Source of the DNA: Candidatus Sysuiplasmataceae archaeon
Lineage (GTDB): Archaea; Thermoplasmatota; Thermoplasmata; Sysuiplasmatales; Sysuiplasmataceae
DNA length: 64,000 nt
NCBI GenBank assembly: GCA_046706185.1
Contig: JBJKPR010000011.1
Location: forward strand, 27,150 to 91,149
Direction: 5' to 3'
The position numbers and the translations under genes were made by a program. The notes beneath the pieces are model-generated. The model saw nothing but the letters and a program-made list of their open reading frames with translations, did not search any database and was not told the origin of the DNA. How positions within the stretch are numbered: the first letter of the stretch is position 1; each line of letters opens with the position of its first letter. Below, piece by piece: positions 9,107 to 18,038 of this stretch.

Positions 9107-9113
9107 TATATAA
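9107..9113 (-). promoter_or_regulatory. TATA box for 8547..9083
   Basis: The plus strand reads TATATAA, 24-30 nt upstream of the GTG at 9083 on the minus strand. Confidence 0.45.
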
Positions 9114-9275
9114 GAGAGATCTTCTGAAAATCAGCAGACCGTCAACTGCAGGAGGCGCATATCGCCGGCCAAGTTTCAGGACACTGCCCCGGAAGGTTGT
9201 TCATGTGAACCTGCCCGCCTGGAGGAGATGGCTGGAAAGCATTTTTGAAGTGAAAGAACTGACAGAAGGAATGAG

Positions 9276-9282
9276 TTAAATA
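9276..9282 (+). promoter_or_regulatory. TATA box for Lrp/AsnC gene 9306..9752
   Basis: TTAAATA lies 24-30 nt upstream of ATG 9306. Confidence 0.45.
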
Positions 9283-9305
9283 CGCTTTACAGTAATTGAC
9301 AGTCG

Positions 9306-9752
9306 ATGACTAGTCTGGGCATCGAAGACAGAATCACGCGCAAAGTCGTCGTGAGAGTTGTTGACGAAATAGACAGCCAGATATTATCCATACTGAGGGA
9401 AAACGCACGGACAAAGAACGTAGAGATTGCACGTAGAGTAAATTTGACAGAAGGCGGTGTCAGGGCAAGAATAGCAAAGATGATCAAAGACGGCGTTATA
9501 GAGAAGTTCACAGTCATAACAAGAAGCAACGATGTTACAGGTCTTGTTATGATCAAGACACAGCTTGACCAGATGAGAGTTGTTGCCAGACGCCTCAAGG
9601 AACTGGCGGTATCCACATATGAGACAAGCGGCGAGTTCGACCTTGCAGCGGACGTGCGTGCGGATAATGTCGAACTGTTCAACAGGAAGGTTGACGAAAT
9701 ACGGTCCTTCCCTGGTGTAGTCAGCACCATGACGCTCATAAGAATGACCTGA
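9306..9752 (+). CDS. Lrp/AsnC family transcriptional regulator
   Basis: The HTH segment is ILSILRENARTKNVEIARRVNLTEGGVRARIAKMIKDGVIEKF, followed by a C-terminal RAM-like domain. The length (148 aa) is typical. Confidence 0.85.
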   Translation: MTSLGIEDRITRKVVVRVVDEIDSQILSILRENARTKNVEIARRVNLTEGGVRARIAKMIKDGVIEKFTVITRSNDVTGLVMIKTQLDQMRVVARRLKELAVSTYETSGEFDLAADVRADNVELFNRKVDEIRSFPGVVSTMTLIRMT

Positions 9753-10030
9753 CATACAGCTGGAAAGGGGGACCTGCCTGCGGTTGCAGGCGAAGCTGTC
9801 TGTTCTGGTGCTCTGCAGGGATGGTGCGCCCGCAGATCAGTGCCTCGGCGGAATGCCAAGTCCGCGGATTTGAGAGAGCTGCCTCTGGCAGACGGGACGG
9901 GTTCTGTGCGGCGGCGCAACATGAGCCATGGAGTGGAGTGGCGCTCTGCCTGTCACTCGCGAGTTCAACAGCACAGTTACCGGGCTTTATCCGGAATGAA
10001 ACAAATATCCTGAGAAGGGCAACCTGTTTT

Positions 10031-11358
10031 TCCGTTCCAAGCTGACTGCGCATTTCAGAGCGGAACGGATGGTACTGCGGGCTTTGTGATTAAACTCGGC
10101 TTATGCCGAACATTATTCACTTCCCACCATCTGCTCCGGGGATTGCCGGAATCATCCTGTCTTCCTCCGGGTTCCCCTTCATTGCTTCAGCTGGAGGGCC
10201 TTTTGAACGGTCAAGCCTTGACCGCCCCTTGTTTGATATGTTTATGGCCGCATTTACATCCCTGTCTATCGCCTCGCTGCAATGCGCACAGTGGCCTGTC
10301 CTGCTGCCGACACTGAATTGGAGTCTCTCCCCGCATCTCCAGTGCTTTGAGCTTGTGCCCATTGTTTCCCTGCGCGACAGCTGTATGACCCGAATGCCTT
10401 CCCATGCAGCCTTGTAAACGATTTGCCTCTCTATCTCGCCTGCCCATGCAGTTCCATGAACTATGCTCCTGACTCGCCTGCCCTTTCCGTCCCCCCTGCG
10501 GAAGAGTTTCCACTTTATGTCGGTGATGTCTTCCAGGACGATGGCTTCACGCCTTTCCTTCGACCGCGTGATTATGCTGTTGGTGATTGCATGGATGAAC
10601 TGCCTTGTGCGGTTCTGCTTCCTTCTGCCATACTTCAATGCAATCCGTTTCCGTATGCGCACATCGTTGCGCCTGAACGATGCCACGATGCCCTTTGTGT
10701 TCAGCTGGACATCTGCCAGCTTCTGCAGGTCGTAGACATCCACAGACTGTTCGTTGCCCGAAGACACGTTCCCGACATTCCTGTCCACGCCCTGTGTACT
10801 GGTGCATTCAATCAAATCAGTCTCCTTCGAGAAAGAAATACTGCATGTGCTTGCATACAATGCGATTGAACGCACTTTCAGTCCGGGCTGTGACAGCACG
10901 TCGAGAACGTGCCTGTTGAGAGTAATTGCTTCACTGTGCCCGTTGAGAGGTATGTGCAACTGACCATCACGGATGCTGAACCCATAACATGAAACAAGCT
11001 CGGGCCTCCTGCAATATGGAGATTTTGCGGGCCTGCCACGCTTGATGGATTTCTTCCTTGCGGACAGTATGCCCGATGCCCTCGACATCGCCGTCAGCCT
11101 GTAGTATGAGAGTGTCCCGTATTCCTTCAGGTCATGATAGCAGAGTTTCGACAGGCGGCCAAGTGAACTGACATCATGGTCAATGCCCGCACGGATGCAG
11201 TCGTTGGTCATCAGGCGGAACTGTTCCATCAGATTGAGCAACGCAGGTGATGGACTGAATTTCTGTATTACTGATTTGTAGGCAAGCACAGATAATCGAA
11301 CAACATTCGGATATTTTTCACTGTCTGAGGGTTTAATCACAAAGCCGGTACTGCGCAA
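10031..11358 (-). mobile_element. IS200/IS605-family tnpB-only element (IS1341-like); ends not resolved
   Basis: It contains tnpB and no tnpA. Two hairpins lie just 3' of the stop: TCGGC-TTAT-GCCGA at 10096..10109 and TCCGTTCC...GGAACGGA at 10031..10069. The left end cannot be placed because only 34 nt separate tnpB from the next gene. Confidence 0.4.
10117..11358 (-). CDS. tnpB: TnpB/OrfB-type RNA-guided endonuclease-like protein (IS200/IS605 family accessory protein)
   Basis: RuvC-like motifs are present: GVDRNVGN (D), AIVLEDITDIK (E) and AIDRDVNAAINI (D). A zinc-finger segment HWRCGERL...GHCAHCSE is also present. The start is uncertain (TTG 11358 or GTG 11340). Confidence 0.85.
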   Translation of the reverse strand: MRSTGFVIKPSDSEKYPNVVRLSVLAYKSVIQKFSPSPALLNLMEQFRLMTNDCIRAGIDHDVSSLGRLSKLCYHDLKEYGTLSYYRLTAMSRASGILSARKKSIKRGRPAKSPYCRRPELVSCYGFSIRDGQLHIPLNGHSEAITLNRHVLDVLSQPGLKVRSIALYASTCSISFSKETDLIECTSTQGVDRNVGNVSSGNEQSVDVYDLQKLADVQLNTKGIVASFRRNDVRIRKRIALKYGRRKQNRTRQFIHAITNSIITRSKERREAIVLEDITDIKWKLFRRGDGKGRRVRSIVHGTAWAGEIERQIVYKAAWEGIRVIQLSRRETMGTSSKHWRCGERLQFSVGSRTGHCAHCSEAIDRDVNAAINISNKGRSRLDRSKGPPAEAMKGNPEEDRMIPAIPGADGGK

Positions 11359-11360
11359 AG

Positions 11361-11367
11361 TTTAATA
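11361..11367 (+). promoter_or_regulatory. TATA box for the Dol-P-sugar synthase gene
   Basis: TTTAATA lies 26-32 nt upstream of ATG 11393, inside the 34-nt gap shared with divergent tnpB. Confidence 0.4.
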
Positions 11368-11392
11368 GCTTCGCGATAAAGGGTAGCCTGCC

Positions 11393-12418
11393 ATGACGCT
11401 TCTTTCCATAGAGATTCCAACATACAACGAGGCAGAAAACCTGCCGCTTGTTGTTGAGAGGATAGAAGCGCTTGGGATGGAAGTAGAGATAATAGTTGTT
11501 GATGACAACAGCCCCGACGGAACAGGGCAGGTAGCAGCAGACCTTGCCGAAAGATATGGAAATATCAAGGTGCTGAGAAGACAGGGAAAGATGGGAATCA
11601 CAAGCGCAATAAAGGATGGGCTGTATGCAGCCAGCGGGAAGTATGTTGCTGTCATAGACTGTGACCTTCAGCATCCTCCAGAGTTCCTGCCTGAGATGAT
11701 GCAGGAGGCTGAGAAGGGGACGGATGTTGTGATCGCATCCAGATACGTTCCTGGCGGCAGTTCGAGTTTCAGCGCTCCGAGAAGGGTCGTTTCCAGGACG
11801 GCCACAGCTATTGCACATCTCCTCCTGAGGCAGACGAGGACGATCGCCGACCCGCTATCCGGCTATTTCATCTTCAGGAGGGGAATAATTAACCCGGATG
11901 ACATAGTGTCAAACAGCTACAAGGTGCTGCTAGAGATACTTGTCAGGGGAAATGCAGTGACGCTTGCTGAGCTCCCGTATGCATTCGGCGAAAGGGTCAA
12001 CGGAACAAGCAAATTCGGCCTGAGGGAAACGCTCAGGTATCTGAACCTCGTGCTTCTGCTCTCCGACTACAGAGTCCTGAAGCTCTTGATGATCGGACTT
12101 GCAGGTGTGGCAATAAACGAAGGTGTGCTTTTCCTGCTCGCCCCTCACACAGAGCTGCTTGCCGCCTCTGCTCTTGCAGTGGAAGCATCGATCGTTGCAA
12201 GCTTCATACTGAACAATTTCTGGAAGTCCGGCAGAGGAAGGAGGTCGGGCATTTTAAGGAAGCTGGCGGAGTACAATACATTTGCAATATTCGGGGCGCT
12301 CACAAACATGGCGGTACTTGGCCTTCTCGTCTTTGTTCATTTTGAATATCTCGCTGCCAACTTCATCGGCATTATGCTCGGTTTCGCTGCAAACAGTACT
12401 ACAAACAGGGAACATTAG
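11393..12418 (+). CDS. GT2 polyprenol/dolichol-phosphate hexose synthase (DPM1-like) fused to a GtrA-like membrane domain
   Basis: SIEIPTYNEAENL...IIVVDDNSPDGT...VIDCDLQHPP are GT2/DPM1-type motifs. The C-terminal ~120 aa has four hydrophobic helices of GtrA type (INEGVLFLL...NNFW...). Confidence 0.8.
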   Translation: MTLLSIEIPTYNEAENLPLVVERIEALGMEVEIIVVDDNSPDGTGQVAADLAERYGNIKVLRRQGKMGITSAIKDGLYAASGKYVAVIDCDLQHPPEFLPEMMQEAEKGTDVVIASRYVPGGSSSFSAPRRVVSRTATAIAHLLLRQTRTIADPLSGYFIFRRGIINPDDIVSNSYKVLLEILVRGNAVTLAELPYAFGERVNGTSKFGLRETLRYLNLVLLLSDYRVLKLLMIGLAGVAINEGVLFLLAPHTELLAASALAVEASIVASFILNNFWKSGRGRRSGILRKLAEYNTFAIFGALTNMAVLGLLVFVHFEYLAANFIGIMLGFAANSTTNREH

Positions 12419-12580
12419 CAGCGCCAATCTGCCTCCTCTCCGGTACAGCAAGAAAGACCACGAGATGATGCGAATGCGGCCTTCAGCCAATATTGCATGG
12501 CTATCGCCGGACTGGGTTTCATTCACTGAGAAATAATATAAGACCGGGCGGAGGTAGCTTCTTCTGCTCGTGAATTATAC

Positions 12581-14440
12581 ATGAAATTCCCTGGAAAATC
12601 CTTTGACAGGCGTGTCAGGGCTGTTGCAGTAGCAGCAGTGCTCATAGCTGTCGCCTTCTCGGGAGTTGTTCTAGTGAGCCAGCTGGCAGGGGCTCCTTCA
12701 ATCAGGCTTACCCCTCAGGTGTCTCTCTGCGGTAATCCAGTGTCCATTGCCATCATACCGCCCGGAGCGATTGTCAAGGGCAGTTTCTTCCAGCTCAGGA
12801 CAATCACCTTTGCGCCGGCTGCTGATCCATCGAGTCAGGTGACAGTGGGGAACCTCACGTCTCTCGGAGGTAAGCAGACGTTCTGGTCACCTGGCAGATA
12901 TGTTGTCAGCGCATCGTACGTGAACGGCGGTTCCGCTGGGATTGTATCAAGCACACTGACCGTCCTGCCAGTCAACTTCACGCTGCCTGCCCTCAGGTAC
13001 GGGTCTGGTGCAAGCTACGCTGCATACAATGCCTCCATGACAATCTCCGACCCGTACGGCCTTTACACGGTGCCGCTGGGGGGTGCATCTGGCGCTGAGC
13101 TTTCGGTGATATCGGTGTATCTTCAGTTCTCAGCGTCACTGAACACAACCGTGAGCAACAGTGAATTCCAGACAGTGGACGGTTTTTCAGCGGCACGTGA
13201 TGTATATGCAGTGAACAGCACTCTTCATTTGACTGGTACCGGCTATGCTTATGTGCTTGCAGGAGGCGTGGGCCTGAACCTGAGTGCAGCTGTGGACATA
13301 AGCGCCCGTTCCGACTTATTCAACTCGCTCGCAGGAAACAGCACCGTTGGCCAGACAGACTCCCTCGCCGGTGGACTGACGCTGAGCTATCTTGGCACAA
13401 GACTGAACATAAGCTCGGGGAACGGTTCGAGCCTGGACTCGTTTGCGCCTTCCTCCCCCGCCGCACCAGTGAGCCTGATTCTCCAGTCACTTGCGCCGAA
13501 CGGGACATTCCACATGCCGAAATTGCAGGCACAGAGTTATGCCTCTGTTGTCCCGCCGAGGCTCGACATGAACCTGACAGGCAGTCATGGCGGATATGGT
13601 TGGAAGGCGGGCAGCTACGTTCCTTCGCTTGGCACTTCGACGCTTGACATAGTATTCGGGCAGGGGGCAAATGCCTCCTACACAATCACTCTGCAGTCGA
13701 ACAGTTCATTTCCTGCCTCATATGAAATCGATGCAGACTCAGCTGCAAACGGTGTGTACACGCAGATGCATGCTCTTTTCAACAGCACCGGTAAAGCCCC
13801 TGGAACCTCTCTTGTGAAGGCAGATGAGCCCTCCTGGACTCCGGCTGGTCCGAGGGGAAACTACACAGACTGGCAGTCTGGACCTCTTCCTCCGATCAAT
13901 GACAGTTCGCTTCTCACTTTTCCGATAAGGTCAGCATTCAATTATGCGCTCAACAGCACTTCGCTTAAGGCATATCTTGGCTCAAACACGAATGCGTTTG
14001 TGACCTCCGCAACATACAATTTCTCCGCACCCTCGTGGTCCATCAGCTTCGCTTCGCCCAGCGGAGAGATGTTCGCGCTCAATGTGAGCGACATCGGAGG
14101 CAAAATGAACGCTTCTGCCTACGCATACATCGGCAGCCCGCCAGGGAGCAGTCCGTACGGAAAGGAGCTTCTGATGCTGCATTCTGCATACCTGATAGCC
14201 ATGAACAGCAGTTACGCAAGTTATCTCGAAGGGCAGTCCGGGAACCTGTCGCTTTCATCTTTGAGCTTCACATTCGGCGCTGCATATATTCCGCAGTTTT
14301 CCCCCCTTCTTCCTCCTCCGCTGCAGCACGCACAATTTGCCATCACGCTCAGGTCTTCATCGGGGGCGCTGCTCTGCATCGATGCTGGAAACGGTCAGCT
14401 AATGTACTTCGGTAACGGACTGTTTTCTTCGCTGCTCTGA
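12581..14440 (+). CDS. Secreted/anchored sequon-rich protein, unknown function
   Basis: It has an N-terminal basic plus hydrophobic signal-anchor (RRVRAVAVAAVLIAVAFSGVVLV). By hand count it carries about 20 N-x-S/T sites. Composition is S/T/N/G/A-rich and charge-poor. Confidence 0.7.
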   Translation: MKFPGKSFDRRVRAVAVAAVLIAVAFSGVVLVSQLAGAPSIRLTPQVSLCGNPVSIAIIPPGAIVKGSFFQLRTITFAPAADPSSQVTVGNLTSLGGKQTFWSPGRYVVSASYVNGGSAGIVSSTLTVLPVNFTLPALRYGSGASYAAYNASMTISDPYGLYTVPLGGASGAELSVISVYLQFSASLNTTVSNSEFQTVDGFSAARDVYAVNSTLHLTGTGYAYVLAGGVGLNLSAAVDISARSDLFNSLAGNSTVGQTDSLAGGLTLSYLGTRLNISSGNGSSLDSFAPSSPAAPVSLILQSLAPNGTFHMPKLQAQSYASVVPPRLDMNLTGSHGGYGWKAGSYVPSLGTSTLDIVFGQGANASYTITLQSNSSFPASYEIDADSAANGVYTQMHALFNSTGKAPGTSLVKADEPSWTPAGPRGNYTDWQSGPLPPINDSSLLTFPIRSAFNYALNSTSLKAYLGSNTNAFVTSATYNFSAPSWSISFASPSGEMFALNVSDIGGKMNASAYAYIGSPPGSSPYGKELLMLHSAYLIAMNSSYASYLEGQSGNLSLSSLSFTFGAAYIPQFSPLLPPPLQHAQFAITLRSSSGALLCIDAGNGQLMYFGNGLFSSLL

Positions 14441-14446
14441 GCCGTT

Positions 14447-15799
14447 TTAGTCCAGCTTCCTGCGCAGCACACGGAGCAGATCCTGCGCCCTGGCCCTTCC
14501 CCCAAGTCTTTTCATGCACTGCCCTACAAAGTAGTTCAGGACATCCTTGCCCCCGTTCCTGTACCTTTCTGCGATGTCGCTGTTTGCCGCTATTACCTCG
14601 TCCGCGACCTTCTCAATCAGCGCTTCGTCTGCAAACTTGCCCTGCGTATTGCTCAGCTCCGCAGAAACATCCTTTCCGTCGAAGACACGCCTGAGCAGAG
14701 AAGCGGAACTCTGGTTGCTGAGCCTCCCCGAGGCACGGGCAGCAGCGATCGATACAAGCTGACTCAACCTTCCCGGTTCCACCACGAAGGAGGGAGGCAG
14801 TTTCCTGAAGTTGAGTTCTCCCCTGATATCCCTAGCAACAAACTGGGATGAAAACCTGCCGTCTGACCTTGATGCCACTTCGTCATAGACACGGATGAGG
14901 TCCCTGCTTGCGACGATCGTCCTGGCATCCTCCTCTCTGGCCCCGGAGCTGCACATTGAACCAAGAATTGTGAACGGACTGGCCATGTCCGGAACATGGA
15001 CGGACTCTATGCTGACGGGGAGCACGTCAGGGTCGTGCATGTACCTGTAGTCCTCAGCCGTTTCCTTGTATCGCATGGGAAAGGTCTTCATCTTCAGCTC
15101 GTCAAAGTGCCTCGTCTCCTGCTCCACACTTTCACCTCGGCCGATCATAGCGATCTGCCTTTCGTATTCGAACTCAAGCGCCCTGACGACTCCGCTGATC
15201 GAGTTGATGTTCTTGACCTCGACACGTTCCCCTCCCTCCACCGAGATGTTTGTATCGACCTTGAACGGTGTTTCCTCCCTCACGATACCAAGGTACTCGA
15301 GTAGCAGGAGAAGGTCGACCAGGAGGTGCCGGGCATCCTGCCCGCCTCTGAGAACCGGCTCAGTCACGAGCTCCAGCAGCGGTACGCCAGACCGGTTCAG
15401 GTCGACAGTGCCCTTCGCCATGTCGTACTGCCCCGGATCCTCCTCCCAGTGCATCTCCCTCAGAGCGAAGCCGTGAAGGCTGCCGCCTGTAGACAGCGGT
15501 TCAGCGGTTCTCTGGTAGTTGCTTGGCAGATCAGGGTAGAAATAATGCTTCCTCATGGTAGCAACCGGTTCCTCGGAGATCTTCATCGAGAGGGTACGTG
15601 CAATTAGTATGCCTGCCTCGATGCATGCAGCGTTGGGCTGCATCGGTTTTGAGCCGGGCTGGCCGGTGCATATCGGGCATATGTTCGTATTGGGTTCGGC
15701 GTTCAGGAAATCGGCGCTGCAATCGCAGAACATCTTGCGCTCCGTTCTTGGATAGATGTGTATCTCAAGGCCGACCTTCTGTTCGCCTACCAGCTCCAT
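14447..15799 (-). CDS. gatB: Aspartyl/glutamyl-tRNA(Asn/Gln) amidotransferase subunit B
   Basis: KVGLEIHIY...MFCDC...CPICTGQPGSKP is the GatB N-terminal signature, and a C-terminal YqeY-like tail is present. The gene overlaps the gatA stop by 13 nt. Confidence 0.9.
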   Translation of the reverse strand: MELVGEQKVGLEIHIYPRTERKMFCDCSADFLNAEPNTNICPICTGQPGSKPMQPNAACIEAGILIARTLSMKISEEPVATMRKHYFYPDLPSNYQRTAEPLSTGGSLHGFALREMHWEEDPGQYDMAKGTVDLNRSGVPLLELVTEPVLRGGQDARHLLVDLLLLLEYLGIVREETPFKVDTNISVEGGERVEVKNINSISGVVRALEFEYERQIAMIGRGESVEQETRHFDELKMKTFPMRYKETAEDYRYMHDPDVLPVSIESVHVPDMASPFTILGSMCSSGAREEDARTIVASRDLIRVYDEVASRSDGRFSSQFVARDIRGELNFRKLPPSFVVEPGRLSQLVSIAAARASGRLSNQSSASLLRRVFDGKDVSAELSNTQGKFADEALIEKVADEVIAANSDIAERYRNGGKDVLNYFVGQCMKRLGGRARAQDLLRVLRRKLD

Positions 15800-17130
15800 C
15801 CCTTCCTGTTGAGGTAGTGCATTGCTGAAACGACTGATTCATCCCTGCCCCTTCCTGCAATCAGCTGAAGCCCCATTCCCTTCCCGATTGGCATGCTCCC
15901 GGCGGGAACACCAGCCAGGTTCGCTGGAACGGTGAGCACGTCAGATGCATACATGCGGAGCGGATCGCTCACCCTCTCCCCGATCGGGTAAGGTTCCGAC
16001 GGCATCGTGGGCATTAGAAGAAAATCGCTGGCGTCAAGGAGCCCGTGGAGCTCCCTGGAGACGAATTCGCGGGCTGCCAGAGCCCTCTCGTACCAGGCGC
16101 TCCTTCCCTCCGCTGAAGTCACATACGTTCCGATGAGAATCCTTCTCCTCACTTCGGGACCCAGAGTTGACCTGGCGTTGAGCACTGCCTCCTCGACCGA
16201 GTAGCCTGCCCCCCTCGTTCCGAACTTCAGGCCGTCATACCTCTGCATCGCGGAGGAGAATTCAGAGTACATGATCAGGTAGTATGACGAGAGTGCCAGG
16301 TCGAGTGACTTCATCTCCACAGGTTCGACCTTCACACCCTCTTCCCTGAGAAATGATACACTCCTGTCAAACGCCCCCACCACACCGGCGGAGCAGTGTG
16401 AAAGTGCATTGGACGGGACTGCCACCGTTGCAGCAGTCGGGTCGAACGACTCGAGCAGCCTGACGCACTCCGTCTTCCTCATGCCGTCCGTGGTCTGATC
16501 CTTCGGGTCCCCGCCGGATATGCAATCCATAAGGTCTGCAAGAAGCCTCTCCTCCCCCCAGGGGACGATTGGAGCAGGTCCCTCAAGGCTCATGGAGAGG
16601 TCCGCGAGCCCGTATCTCGATACGCGGCCGTAGGTGGGCTTGAAACCGATCACACCGCAGTAGGCAGCAGGACACCTCACAGATCCACCGGTGTCGGATC
16701 CGATGGCAAAGTCGGCAATGCCTTCGGATACGCAGGCCGCCGAGCCGGAGGAGCTGCCGCCCGGGACAAGACCTGGCAGAAGAGGATTGAGAGTGGGGCC
16801 ATATGCCGAATTTTCGCCCGAGGAACCGCATGCGAACTCATCCATGTTGTTCTTGCCGAGAATCATTGCACCCTCACCCCTCAGCCTGTCCACGACAGTT
16901 GCATCATAGGGTGCTGTGTAGTTCTCAAGTATTCTGGAGGCGCACGTCATCCTAAGCCCCTTGACCGATATGTTGTCCTTTATGCCTGCGAGGAGCCCCT
17001 CCATCGGACCGGATGCATGCTCTGCAGGTGCCGCCGCGAGCGTTATGAATGAGTTGGACGTGCTTCTTCTCGCAGCGTTGAGCCCGTCAGCGAACCTGGA
17101 GCGCGGCCTGTTGCCCTCCGCTCTTGACAT
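15787..17130 (-). CDS. gatA: Aspartyl/glutamyl-tRNA(Asn/Gln) amidotransferase subunit A (amidase signature family)
   Basis: The amidase signature GGSSGGSAACV...GSDTGGSVRCPAAYCG is present. ATG 17130 directly abuts the gatC stop (17131..17133). Confidence 0.9.
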   Translation of the reverse strand: MSRAEGNRPRSRFADGLNAARRSTSNSFITLAAAPAEHASGPMEGLLAGIKDNISVKGLRMTCASRILENYTAPYDATVVDRLRGEGAMILGKNNMDEFACGSSGENSAYGPTLNPLLPGLVPGGSSSGSAACVSEGIADFAIGSDTGGSVRCPAAYCGVIGFKPTYGRVSRYGLADLSMSLEGPAPIVPWGEERLLADLMDCISGGDPKDQTTDGMRKTECVRLLESFDPTAATVAVPSNALSHCSAGVVGAFDRSVSFLREEGVKVEPVEMKSLDLALSSYYLIMYSEFSSAMQRYDGLKFGTRGAGYSVEEAVLNARSTLGPEVRRRILIGTYVTSAEGRSAWYERALAAREFVSRELHGLLDASDFLLMPTMPSEPYPIGERVSDPLRMYASDVLTVPANLAGVPAGSMPIGKGMGLQLIAGRGRDESVVSAMHYLNRKGWSW

Positions 17131-17421
17131 TCATTCGCTCCTTGGCACGATCAGCATTTCGTTTTCCTTCCGTGGGAATGACAGAACTATGCCATCGGAA
17201 ACGGTACTCTCTGCGGCAGTCGAGCCGTCCTTCCTTCCGCCTGTTGCAAGATGCCCCGCAGATGGTTCTTTTCCTTTGAACTCTGTCACTGCCCTGAAGA
17301 AGACAAGTATAGAGTTCACTTCCTCGAAAGCTCTCTTCTCCTCCTCTTGTGAGAGGGGGAGCATCGACAGCTTCCCCAGATGCCTTATCTCATCCATGTC
17401 AAGCTTCTTCAAATCAATCAT
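17131..17421 (-). CDS. gatC: Aspartyl/glutamyl-tRNA(Asn/Gln) amidotransferase subunit C
   Basis: MIDLKKLDMDEIRHLGKLSMLPLSQEEEKRAFEEV matches the GatC pattern. ATG 17421 forms an ATGA overlap with the stop of the upstream lrp gene, which supports this start over 17448. Confidence 0.8.
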   Translation of the reverse strand: MIDLKKLDMDEIRHLGKLSMLPLSQEEEKRAFEEVNSILVFFRAVTEFKGKEPSAGHLATGGRKDGSTAAESTVSDGIVLSFPRKENEMLIVPRSE

Positions 17422-17852
17422 CCCTTCACAGTTGCGAAGATCGAGCACGTCTCTGTTCTGCTGACACCCTCGATGGAACGAAGGTGGTCAATCACTATGC
17501 TGCCGATCTCCTCTGTACTCGAGGCATGCACTTCAGCAATCATGTCCCACGCGCCAGATATCAGATGAAGCTCGGTGATGCCCTTGACCGAGGAGATACG
17601 CCTTGCGACCTCCCTCTGCGACGCAACGCCCGGCATAAAAGCAATCAGAACAAAGGCCGCGTAACCCGAGCCAATCTTGCCTTCATCCAGCTCCAGTGTG
17701 TAGCGCCTTATGACACGCTCTTTTTCGAGCCTCTCCATTCTCTGCTTGACGGTGGCCCTGCCGATACCGAGCCGTTTCGCTATTGCGGAAACTGGCATTC
17801 TGGCATTATCCTTGAGCACATTGATAAGCTCGATATCCTTCCTGTCTATCAT
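17418..17852 (-). CDS. Lrp/AsnC family transcriptional regulator, first gene of the gatCAB operon
   Basis: MIDRKDIELINVLKDNARMPVSAIAKRLGIGRATVKQRMERLEKERVIRRY is an HTH, followed by a RAM domain. It starts at ATG 17852 with a TATA box at -31 to -36. The track ORF extension to 18125 runs across a tRNA gene and is rejected. Confidence 0.85.
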   Translation of the reverse strand: MIDRKDIELINVLKDNARMPVSAIAKRLGIGRATVKQRMERLEKERVIRRYTLELDEGKIGSGYAAFVLIAFMPGVASQREVARRISSVKGITELHLISGAWDMIAEVHASSTEEIGSIVIDHLRSIEGVSRTETCSIFATVKG

Positions 17853-17882
17853 TTTACCGTACGGTGATAGTCCGAGTGTTGC

Positions 17883-17888
17883 TATAAA
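17883..17888 (-). promoter_or_regulatory. TATA box for the lrp-gatCAB operon
   Basis: The plus strand reads TATAAA (TTTATA on the minus strand), 31-36 nt upstream of ATG 17852. Confidence 0.4.
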
Positions 17889-17966
17889 GCTAATTGGCTT
17901 CAACGGGGGGCAGATTACAGCAAAAAGATAACTACTACCAGTGTATTGACAGCAAACTGTTCCACT

Positions 17967-18038
17967 GGCTCCGTAGTCCAACGGGCAAGATATCTGGCTG
18001 TTAACCAGGTGATGACCGTTCGAATCGGTCCGGAGCCG
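17967..18038 (+). tRNA. tRNA-Asn: tRNA-Asn (anticodon GTT at 18000..18002)
   Basis: Hand-folded cloverleaf. The acceptor stem is GGCTCCG/CGGAGCC (7 bp). The D arm is GTCC-AACGGGCA-AGAT. The anticodon arm is TCTGG-CTGTTAA-CCAGG. The variable loop is TGAT. The T arm is GACCG-TTCGAAT-CGGTC. The discriminator is G, and no CCA is encoded. Confidence 0.85.

Noticed and set aside
12463-12529. A possible C/D-box sRNA (GATGATGC ... CTGA about 60 nt apart) in the gap before 12581.
   Set aside because: The C box is imperfect, there are no internal C'/D' boxes, and there is no terminal stem complementarity.
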